The position numbers and the translations under genes are program-made. From Lama guanicoe (Eukaryota): DNA of 64,000 nt. The stretch lies in the NCBI GenBank assembly GCA_013239625.1, contig MU053376.1, positions 1,760,833 to 1,824,832 of the forward strand, in the 5' to 3' direction. Positions 52,901-64,000 of this stretch are shown piece after piece (the first letter of the stretch is position 1; each line of letters starts with the position of its first letter). The notes under the pieces are model-generated. The model was not told the origin of the DNA. It did no database searches and worked only from the letters and a program-made list of their open reading frames with translations.

Positions 52901-53289
52901 TTACCTAGTCCCCCTTCCTCCCAATTCCCCACAGCCCCAGCCTCCCCTCCTTCCGTCTCCGCATATACACATATGCACACACAGAACTATCAAATTTAAA
53001 TTCTTCCACAATTCTCTGGAGTCATAATATGTATCAAGGCAGCAATTTAGAGCAGTTAAAAATATTAATTTTAAAAGGCCAAGAAATCCAGCAAAGTTTG
53101 AGGCTCTCAAATACCATGATGAAATTAGAAATGGCAATGAATTTTGGCTCATAGTCTCTGTAAGAAGATGTTAGGGATTAAAAAGATTGACGTTTTACTC
53201 TAGTGGGTCCAAACCAGGGGAGAAGGTCTCAGAGGGAATCCTGAAATGACCTATGAAGAAATCACTCAAGTACTGATAGATGAATGTTA

Positions 53290-53508
<219 letters not shown>

Positions 53509-54645
53509 CTAATATGAATAGATAGACCACATAAAGACCTCAGTTCCTCCTAACAACCTCCACTGCTGGGATTTTGGGGATGGGAATCATTCTGATAACG
53601 GTTACAGCGAGAAAATAGTCTTTAAGTTCAGTGAAATAGTAATAACACATTCTCTATCTCTTTGCTAGTATTGTTTTATGCATTCTCCCTTCAGAAGCTA
53701 GCTTCCACATGCCATAAGGTTGTGATTGTTCCGTAAAGCACTCAAAATTGACAGTCTGTAGAGACAAAATAGATTAAATAAACTCAGACTTGTGGGTAAC
53801 AGGTTTTTGCCATCCCAGGACTGTGGCAAGTTGGGTTCTTATATGTCCTAGTTCTATGCCAGCACCTAAAAACTGTTTCAACAGATGGAGGAGAAGGAAG
53901 ACAGCAGGGGCCCATGAAAACCCAACAAGCTGGCTGCTCTAATTTTAGTTTCAGTGTTTTTGAAGGAATTCAGAAATGAAGCAAAAACACAGCTTCTAGA
54001 GAAAGTTGCAAAAGTTTTTACTGTCTTTAAGATTATCCTTCTGATTAGAAATACCTCATTCTTCCACAGATTTCCTTCTCCCCCGCCCCAAATCTGGTCA
54101 CTATTAAATAGAGTGAATATACAGGGAATATTTTAGCTAGTAGGTTTTTTTTTTAATAATAACATGAAATGCTTAAACTTTGAATTGTAAAAATTCTTAT
54201 TATAGCTTGTTCTTACCCTATGAGATGTGAGAGTCAGTCATTTTTGTGAAAGTTCTACAAAAAAATACTATAAAAGGTACCAGCCCACCTAAAACATGTC
54301 TTCTAATCATAATCTGCTTGAAAGGCAAATAAATGAAAGCAAAAGTTGTTCTTAGATTAGGACTGGCAGTTATTCATAAGACTATATTGCAAGAGTAAAT
54401 CCTACAGCTTTAATTACCACCCATATTCATTCATTCATTCACTCATTCAACTAATGTTTACAGAGCATCTACTATGTGCCAGGTACCATTCTAGCTGCTA
54501 GGAATATAGCAGTGAACAAAGTCCTTGTTTTTATGGAGCTAACATTCTAGTAGGGACACATCAGATCATTTTGCTCCCTTGTTGAAACCCCCTCAATGGT
54601 TTCCCATTGGCCAAAAATGAAAACCCCAAAATCCTTCGTACCAAC

Positions 54646-54955
54646 ATCTGTGCTATCTAAAACGTGGCTATTGAGCACTTGAAATCTGGCCAGCCTGAAT
54701 TGAAATGTGCTGGAAGTATAAAAAAATACACTAGATTTCAAAGCCTAAGATTAAAAAATAGAATGTAAAATATTTCATTAATGAATTTTTTGGTGGTTAC
54801 ATGTTGAAATGGTAATATTTGGGGATATATTAGATTAAATAAAATATACAATTAAAATTAATTTCACCTGTTTCTTTTTACTTTGTAAAAGGTGGTTACT
54901 AGAAATATTTGAATTATTTCTGTAGCTTGCACGTTTCTATTGGACAGCGCTGCAC
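54646..54955. mobile_element. MER33/MER3-like hAT MITE in FAM72A intron 2
   Basis: gtggctattgagcacttgaaat...ttacatgttgaaatggtaatattt...ctattggacagcgctg. Confidence 0.75.
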
Positions 54956-56162
54956 TGGATTCTCTGGGTTTCTGCCTACATCTTTAATCTACTCACACTA
55001 CTCTCGCCCGATACTCACAATGTCTCAGCCACACTGGCCATCATCTTTTATTCCTTGGACAAGTTCTTCCTGCCTTGGGTTTTCTGCCCTTGCTGTTCCC
55101 TCTACCTAGAACAGTCTTCCTTTGGCTCCTTAACTTATCCTTTAGGATTGTTGAATATCCAATATTACCTTTTCATGAGAAGGCTTCCCTGACCATGCTG
55201 TCTAAAACAGTTCTCACCCACTCTCATCTTCTATTATTCTCTATCATTTATTATTATTATTTCCTTTGGAGTTCTTTCCACCCTATTCAAGATCTTATTT
55301 ATTTAAATATCTTATTGATTGATTGCTTGTTCTCCTACTAGAATATAATGCCCAAAGGCCTGTGACTTTATTTGGTTATTGCTGGATTTCCAGCCCCTAT
55401 AACAATGACTGGCACATGGTAGGACCTCAGTATATAATGTGAATGAGTGAATGAGAGAAATTAAATAGTCATGACCACAAAAGAGGAGTTTGCTAGTTTA
55501 AATTAAGATTATAATTTCTAATCTAAACTCCATTTAAGTAAAAAAACCTCAACTTTCTTTTCTCTAAAATAGGACTAACAACACTCGTCTGTCTGCCTCT
55601 CAAAAGATAATAGTAATAGCCTTCACCTGCATTGTAACTTACAGTTTATCAAGCCTCTTAATAGTCATAATTCACTTGACCTTCACAACAACTCTATACG
55701 GTAAACACAAAAGACATTTTAATTTCTATTAAGAAGATACCTATCTATCTTAAGAAGATGCCTATCTTCTTAAAACATAAATTAAATAAGGAAATAGGTT
55801 TAGAGATTTAGGGAGTTTACTCAAGATAACATAGAGAATAAGGGTAGGGCCAGGGCTCAAACCTGATTTTTATGACTGTAAATCAAAGTGGTTTTTTTTT
55901 TTCCCCCTAAACTACATTGCCTTTCTCTGAAAGTTAAAGCAGATATTTGTTAATGCACTTTGAAAAATTGTAAAATCATATACAAATGTAAAGTGTCACA
56001 AGAGCCTTTTAAAAAACAGTTCTAAGTAACAAATGGTTTTTCAAAGGCTCATTGCCTGGGTTATAACCAGTGCTCGACACAGCCCACTGAACCCTTCTCT
56101 GTGCTTCCGTGTCAACATCCATCTCTCAAACCCAGGGTTATTTGGAATACTGTCACAAATTA

Positions 56163-56267
<105 letters not shown>

Positions 56268-56279
56268 TCAAAGGCACTT

Positions 56280-56960
56280 TAAAAAAATGTTGTAAAATAC
56301 ACATAACATAAAATTTACTAATTTCATCCTTTTTAAGTGGACAGTTCATAAGTGCTAAGTGTATGCACATTTCCAAGCAATGAATCTCCAGGCCTTTTTC
56401 ATCTTGCAAAATTGAAACTCTATACCCATTGAAGAACAACTCCCCATTTCCCTCTTCCCCCAGCCTCTGGCAACCACCTCTCTACTTTCTGTTTCTATGA
56501 CTTTGACTAGTTTAAATACTACAGATTTGTGGAATCATACAGTATTTGTCTTTTTGTAACTGGCTTATTTCACTTACTATAACACCCTCAAGTCCCATCC
56601 ATGTTGTAGCATGTGACAGGTAGGATATCCTTCCTTGTTAAGGCTGAATAATATTTCATTGTATGCATATACCATATTTTGTTTATTCATTTATCTGTTG
56701 ATGGGAATTTGGGTTGCTTCTACCTCTTGGTTATTGTGAATAATGCTGCTAAGACCATGAGTGTGCGAACATTTCTTCTAGATCGTGCATTAAAATTTTT
56801 GTACATATGCCCCAAAGTGGGATTGCTGGATCATATGGTAATTCAATTTTCTCTTTTTTGAGGAACTGCCATGCTATTTTCCATAACAGTGGTACCATTT
56901 TACATTCCCACCAACGGTGCACAAGGGCTCCAATTTTTCCATATCCTTGCCACAAAATGT
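56280..56960 (-). mobile_element. L1MB-like 3' end in FAM72A intron 1
   Basis: aaaatacacataacataaaatttac...catcttgcaaaattgaaactctatacccatt...gggattgctggatcatatggtaattc. Confidence 0.88.
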
Positions 56961-58519
56961 GCTTTTGATTGTGATTTAGCATGAATTTTGTAGACCCAAA
57001 GAGCTGAAACAGACTCTAAGAGAGACTATAAGTGAACTAGTATATTTTGTAGGAGTCAGTTAATATTTGTGAGCTCATTATAAATATGACAAAACTTCCA
57101 TTTAAAAAAATCCTATGTGTTCACTGATTCACACACATCTTAGCACATTAATCCATCACCATTATAACCCCTACAAGGAAGAATAGACAAGAGGAAAGAC
57201 CTGACTGCATTCCAGACTCTGGTTTAAACTTTAACAATTCACATACCTGAACTCTGCTTATGACTATCTTATACTTACCACAGCTATTGCAAAGATGAAT
57301 GGGTTAATACTTAAAATTTTTGTATGTGCTACTAGAAAGAAAAAGCACTAGACCACAAATCATAGAACATTTGCAACAGTAGGTTCTAGATTTATTGTCT
57401 AGTGCTTCTTTTTGTGACATACACATGTGCAGAGGTACTTAAAATAATAACTCATTTATCATTGCCATAAATGAGGGCCTTTGGCTTTGCCATTTGGCAT
57501 GACTACACTTAAACCAACATAGTTAAGATTTCAAGGGAGGAAGAGTTCACAGCTTTGAGTGTATTTTAAAAAATTTAAAGTTTCTATTATTATCATGAAA
57601 TTCATTTTAAAATATTCTGATTATTAGCCTGCCTTCTTTGGCTCTGTGTCCAAAGAATAGCTGTCCATGTACATTTTGGAAAACCACTCTTTCAGTTTAA
57701 TGATAAATTTTCAATAAAGAGCAAAATCTTGAAAATCATGTAAGGGCACATATATGTTGACCACAGAAAGAGAAATTACCTCTTAGAGCTAGAAAAAGGC
57801 ATATTTCAGTCAAATAAAATGGCTATTTTTTCAAATAGGAAGCAAATTCTTAAGGACTTTACACCCAAAAGTGGGCAGTGACTGAAAACAGAATTTAAAA
57901 AGTATTTAAGTATGCAAACGAATGCATAATATCTAAAACAGGCTTTAGGGGAGACAAGATTGTTTTAGGGCTAAGTCTCTATTTCATCTATATAAGTTTC
58001 TCTCATTCAGAAACAGAGAGAGAGGAAGAGAGGGAGATTACAAGAAAATAATACAGAATTAGATGGACAATGGATCTGATGCACCATGTCAATAGCAAAT
58101 AATGCAAAAAAACTAGGGAATGTTTTTTGATGTAAAACTTTATGGGTAAAAATGAAAACCTTAAGTGACCTCTCCTCTCTACAGTACAGAAAGTCTTGCC
58201 TGAATTACCTAGAGTCTTGGTCATGGACTTGATCCAGTGAGAGGATAGTTGGGCAGGGCACAGCGCCAGGGATCCAACTTACGGGACCACATGACTATAA
58301 TTGAACTAGAAACATTACATCAGGACTGACCACTCTGGCTAAACCACAGACTTAGTCCAGACAGTCTGCCCCCTTAGTCAAACTCCAAAGGGATCATCAG
58401 ACTGTTGGGAGTGGCTGGAACACCAAAATGATAACCTCCCTGTTGACTCTCAGGGGTCCAAGCCATACAGTTTTCCCATTTAGTTAAAGGCTACCGTTGC
58501 CCGCCACTAGTATGACTTA

Positions 58520-58786
<267 letters not shown>

Positions 58787-59499
58787 CTAAGCCCTAAAAT
58801 TGCGAAGGAAAGGAGCTCTTTTCTGTTTTCCCCTGCGAGAGTAAAAGTAGTATTTATTGAGGGGAAGAGGGGAGAAGCAGCAAACTTGGCTTTCCCTTTA
58901 ACTTTCGGGGAAGGGAGTGGAGTTTGAAGTGGGGAAGAGGCAAGCCGCAAGGTGCCTCGGGAACTTCTCTACAGTTTTCCCTTTCTCCCGTCTAGAAGGA
59001 TCCTCTACTCTTTAGCTCCCGCCCCGTTTGCAATTCCCCGGGCTTCTCCGGTACAGGCGCCTTATCTAAAGGCTTGTCTCTTAAGCCCCTCCCTCGGAGC
59101 GCTCCAATTTCTCTCTCTTGGATCTCAGGCTAAGCTGCCCTACCCACGCCTCCTCGTTGGAAATCTTTCTCCTCTCCGCAGGATTCAGAAATTTCCTCAG
59201 CTTTTCCCACCGGGACGATCCCAACCGCTCCTCAGCCCTCCCGCGAGCCTCCTCCTCTCTGCTCGCTCGCCGGCCCCTCGCTTCACTCAGCGTGAGGGCT
59301 CTCGCGCCGTTCCTCTCGCGTCTCCCTCCCCTCAGCTCTCCCCAGTGCCCTCCGCGGTCCCCTCAAGTCTCTCCCTCGCGGCCGCTCCAGAGCGCGCGGT
59401 GGTGTTGGTGGAGTGGGGCAGAAGTCGCTCTGGGGGCTCAGTTGGCGTCGGGGTCTCTGTCACCGCACAAGTCGTTTTTTGCTCCCTCTTCCGCTCTCT

Positions 59500-60170
59500 C
59501 CGCTTCTCCAACCGGCTGTCAGTTTGAATTGCCAGCGCGGCGCACTGATTGGGAGAACTAGAGTTCGCCCACGTTCCGCATTGGAAGGCTCGGGAACCTG
59601 CCCCTGACGAGATCCTAGTGGCTAGGAGGCCGTACGCCCCGCCCAAGTAACGGTGCCTAGATCAGTTCGGCTTTCTGGTTGGCCATACTTGGCCCCACCT
59701 CCAATCTCATTGGCCGGCTCCAGGAGGTTTGGGCGAATCCTTCTCCCGCCCCAGTGAAAGCAGAAAGGCACGCCCTTCGCGATTCTTATTGAAAGACGTT
59801 CTACAGTCCCCGCCGGTCTCTACTCTCTATTGGCTAAAATTCTCCGCAACGCCTCTCCTCTCTACCCAGGTCCAATCGGTCGTGACTTCTCTCAGGAGTT
59901 TGTGTTAGGTTGTTGGTTCTGTCTTAATCCTGCCTATCAGTTCTGCTTTGGGGTTCGGCAACCCCGGGAGGAGCTTACTTTGAGACCACGCCTCGGTAGT
60001 TCTAGTCACACCTCCCAGTTTCTCCAGCCCCTCCTTCTCACGCCTGTCCTCTCGGGATCAGCTATTCCTATTGGCTACTGGCTCCATCGGTCGATAGAAA
60101 ACGGGCAGTGATTGGCAAGGGGGTGGGTCCTGCCTCCCGGCGGGGTCCCGCGGAGTTGGCAGAGGCTGCT
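59500..60170. promoter_or_regulatory. FAM72A/SRGAP2 bidirectional promoter within a CpG island (~58900-62520)
   Basis: Eight CCAAT/ATTGG boxes (59548, 59580, 59701, 59709, 59829, 59872, 60070, 60111) and a CHR-type TTTGAA at 59523-59528, between divergent genes. Confidence 0.85.
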
Positions 60171-60282
60171 CAGGGGACTAGGGGACCGATCTGCGTAGAA
60201 GCGGGTGGCGGGGAAGAGAGGGGAGGAGAGCTCTGAGTGGCAAGCGGAGCCGGGGGCCTGAGACCCGTCGCGTCAGAGCCAG
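60170..60282 (+). other. SRGAP2: Probable SRGAP2 non-coding exon 1 (start approximate)
   Basis: Donor GCCAG|GTAAAG at 60282/60283, just downstream of the CCAAT cluster. Confidence 0.6.
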
Positions 60283-62067
60283 GTAAAGGCTCCTTCCCTC
60301 TCCCCTTTCTTCTCCCCGGCCACCGGGCTGGAGCCCTGACTGGACAAACCCGGGCAGAGGCGGGAAGGAGAGGGCGCGGATGCTGCTTTCGGCATCGCCT
60401 TAGCGTTGCTGTCCGGAACCCCTCAGACCTCCTACCCCTCAGACCTCCTACCCCTCGACCCACTCCCAATCTCCCAGTACAGCCCACAGTACTTCTCAGG
60501 ACTGCATCTCCACCCTTTACGGTACTGCCTGGGACTCTGCCTTGTCTCACATGCCGCCGCGCAGTCCGCACCCAGCCCCCTCCCCAAGTCCTCTGCACAC
60601 GGGCAGCCTTGGTCCACCTTTGGGCAACCGTCGTTGGCATCACCCGTAACCATCGTCTGCCTTCTTCGTCTGTCTCCAAGCCCTGGCAGACAGCCGGGTT
60701 ATAGCCTTGGACTCAGAAGAATGGGTGTTCCGCACTGCTTCCGGGGCTCATTCCCTGTCCCAGCCCCTGGCCCGCCCCGAATGGCTCCTCTTCATGCACT
60801 CCCGCTCCCAGACCTGTATCTGGGTCCCCGAAGTTGCTAACATCCTAGCGCTCCATGTAACATCGCGGCCCACGTTAGTCTCCTAACTCCCCCCTTACAC
60901 CCAAGGTAATCCTCGCCTTGCCCTCTCCCCGCCTATCAAGCGCGTGCATAAGTTCCACTTATCCCCGGCTCCCGTTCAGCCTCAGGACCCCACCTCTCAC
61001 CCCCCTCCCCGCTTCCTGCCGGCCTGAACCACCACGCCGCTTTTGCTCCCTGTTCTTCCCTCCGTGCGGCCCTTTCTCTTGGCGCGGGAAGTGGAAGACT
61101 CCCGGCGCGGAAAGGGAAAGGGGCGGCCAAGGAGGGAGGGTCGCCGCTGCGGCGCGTCCGGGAGCGAAACGCCGGGATCTGCACTCCCGCCCGCTTCCCC
61201 CCCGCCTCCTGGGCCTGGGTCGGAGAGGGGTCTCCTCGCGCACCGCCTGGTGCGAGGGGTCGGGACTGCGACCCTCACCGACCTCCCCACAAACCCCAGC
61301 CTAGGATTGGGTGCGGTATCTGGAATTTCTGGGCTTGGTGACCAGTTGGGGGTGGCATTTAAAGTCACTCTGCTCCCTGACTTGGGAGAGGCGACGGCTG
61401 CCTTCCGCCCCCCGCCTTCCCGGTTTTCCCGACTCCGACCCTCGCCTCTAACCCGTTTCCTGCTTCTGCCGACCACATTGTTTTCCTGGATGTGTCCCGT
61501 GCCGAGCAGGCTTTTTCCTGCAGATGTCCCCCTCCAACACCTCCCCCCACGACCAGCATTTTGCTGCCAAGAGAAGCTAGTAACCAAAAACAAAACAACT
61601 GGGAGGAGGGACGGGAGGGGAAGAAAAGTTGTGCCCGGGTAGCTTGTCCCTCTCTGGCTTTGATCCCCTTTGAAGTCCAGGGAGTTGCCCCAGCCGGGGG
61701 TCGGGGGCCGCGTCGGAGGCAGGGCCGGGAGGGTTTCCTCCGGCTGCGGCTGCCCAGCGCTGGCGGGGCTGGGGAGGCTGCCAAGGTACCGCAGTCCCCG
61801 CCCGGAGACCAGCGTTCCCGCCGCAGTCCCCACCCGAAGCCCGCGAAGGCGACTGCTCGAAAGTGTTTTCTTTCAGCCTTAAAATCCGGAGGGAGCTTCC
61901 TTCCTCCCTGTCTCGCTGCGCCCGGCTCTGCGGGCCCGGTGGCCGACGTTTGGCCGAGATGAATGGGCCCAGGCCACGCTGGAGACGACGTCCCTTACCC
62001 CACCCCCGCAGCGATTAGGATCTGGGCTGGGGCTGATCGCCCCCTCCCCTTTTCCCTGCATTTACAG

Positions 62068-62609
62068 GCAAGTGAACCGGAGCAAACGACTTCCGATCCA
62101 GTCTGCGCTGCCGCGGCTCCCGTTTGGGATTTGATTTGCAGCATCTTCGAGCCTGTGCAACAAAAAACCGCGAAGCACGCCCAGCCCTCCCTCGGCACCC
62201 CGATACGCACCCACTCCCTCCCAGGGACCCAGCTGGGCGCGTCCACACCCCCGCACCCCCACACCATGTTGTGCGGAAGGACTTCCACTCCCCGCCTGTG
62301 TCGTTGATGTCAGACCCCAGGCCAGCCTCCCGGCGCTGCAGTTCTCCCGGCTAATGCTGAGGCTGCGGCTCGGGCTCTAGCACAGGAACCGACCGCTGCC
62401 GCGCCCGGCCCCCGCGCCCACCGTCTGCATGTGCCCGCCGTAGCCGCCTGCCCAGCCGGCAGCCCGCGCTCCCTGGAGCGCTGGAGACCACCGCGGGGGG
62501 CCCCTTCTGGCCTCAGGAGACGCGATCTTGGAGGTATTGATTTCGGTGGTTGAATTTTTTTCGTGGATCTATCAATTCACAATTCGAATTTGGAAGAAAG
62601 AAGGAAAAC
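62068..62609 (+). other. SRGAP2: SRGAP2 exon 2 5'UTR portion (542 nt) with four uORFs
   Basis: Acceptor ccccttttccctgcatttacag| ending at 62067. Confidence 0.75.
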
Positions 62610-62676
62610 ATGACGTCTCCAGCCAAATTCAAAAAGGATAAGGAGATAATAGCAGAGTACGATACTCAGGTCAAAG
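62610..62676 (+). CDS. SRGAP2: SRGAP2 first coding segment (67 nt); gene continues beyond the window
   Basis: MTSPAKFKKDKEIIAEYDTQVK + G|gtaagg matches the SRGAP2 N-terminus. Confidence 0.97.
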
Positions 62677-64000
62677 GTAAGGGCTTTGAAAAATAGCATA
62701 ATGCATATGCTCTGTGGACCACTGAGACATGTATTTCCATCCTGATGTGCAGGATGTTCATTTCTTTGGGTGGAGCAGGTGGGGGCAGGCTGACCCCAGA
62801 GGTGGTTTCCATAGGTGGATCTGAGCCTCCAAGGGATTGTCCATGCCAGGGACCACAGGCTCTGGAAAGGAATTTTTGGAGTGGGCTTTAGATTTGTCTG
62901 TAAGGCTGGCCATTATTTTGGCAGTCCTTTCCCCCAGGCTAAATAGGGTGGGGGGAGGGGCAGGAGGTTCTTGGAGAGAGAAAGGCGGGAATTTGCCCCT
63001 GGGTGTCTGGGTCAGGTTTCCTTGAAGGACAACTGAAATCTGACAGGTGTTTGGGAATTTATTTCAGAGGTTGAAGAAGAGTCCAGGCAGAAAAAGGCAA
63101 CCATGAGAAAGAAGGTGTACCATTTGGAGAGCCCTGGGAGAGGCGGGGTTTTTCTCTGATGCACTATATCAAAACATGACATTTGCTTTGGCATCAGACA
63201 CAGAAAGTGTGTGGACACCTTGGGTGCACCTTGTACCTGCCTGGTCGTCTCTGGTTGTCTGCATTCAATCAGAGATCAGAGAACAGAAAGAATAAGGACA
63301 CTCACACCCCGTCTCCGCCCTCATCTAAACCTGAATGGAGTTGGGATGTTGCTGGGTGGTGCTGATTCTGGAGAATGGAAAGACATAATTGTTTAACCCT
63401 TCTGTACTGTTGTCCTCTGCTCCCGAATACCTGCTTACTTCCCTCTCTGCAAAAATGTGAGGGGTAAAGTAAAATGTGGACCTAGAGAAAGCAAGTGACC
63501 TGTCGGCACATCTAGTCGACTGCCTGACTTGGCACATGAATCAAAACCCCCTCCCTGATAGCCTTTTTAAACCAGCAGTTCTCATAGAAGGGGATCCTGC
63601 CTGTTAAAGAGCCCCAGCATATGGTTGTGCAAGACGCCATCCCTTCCTGGCCAGTCCAGAAAGAGCCATGTGGCTGTTGCCCATTGAGACCTCAGCTGGG
63701 GACTGGGAGAGGTGGGTGGCCTTGAATGTTACACCACATGGTTGGAGCTCTGGGTTTTCCTTTGTTTCAGAGTACAGAGGGAGGGGCCCTCCTTCTTCCC
63801 CTGCACCAATGCAAGGAGACCTCTTCCTATCATAGAGGACTTGGGAAGGGCCATGTTTCTTCCTTAATGATTGCTGGGGGTGTGGGTAGGGGTAGAGTTT
63901 GAAATGGGCAGCTACCTTATCTCTTGGAAGGTTGAAAGGTAGTTTGAAGTCCCCATTGTGCCTATAGGATCTTTTTAATGTCATCAGCTTGGTCAATGCT

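Noticed and set aside
55730..55783. Short duplication with 10-bp hairpin ttaagaagat-gcct-atcttcttaa
   Set aside because: Small AT-rich intronic slippage product with no sign of function.
58952..62354. Many 100-280 aa ORFs on both strands
   Set aside because: Expected in a stop-poor CpG island; no recognisable domains.

Overview
Mammalian genomic DNA, very likely camelid, judged from six copies of a tRNA-derived Vic-1-like SINE. It covers the conserved AVPR1B(-) / FAM72A(-) / SRGAP2(+) block. It contains the large first coding exon of AVPR1B (236-1175, ending at a GC donor), the complete four-exon FAM72A CDS (149 aa), and the first two exons of SRGAP2, head-to-head with FAM72A across a CCAAT-rich CpG-island promoter. 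The ~46 kb between AVPR1B and FAM72A holds a UBL5 retrocopy and many L1, LTR, SINE and hAT relics. The most novel signal is a likely fossil multi-exon gene on the minus strand (~23.3-44.4 kb), whose clearest trace is a 7-aa xxSMEPG coding-type repeat split by an ERVL/MLT2 insertion. Also notable are a chain of stop/start-overlapping uORFs in the SRGAP2 leader and a 60-bp copy of the UBL5 retrocopy embedded in an L1. Gene and repeat names are from recognition, not database searches; repeat boundaries are approximate unless a TSD is given.
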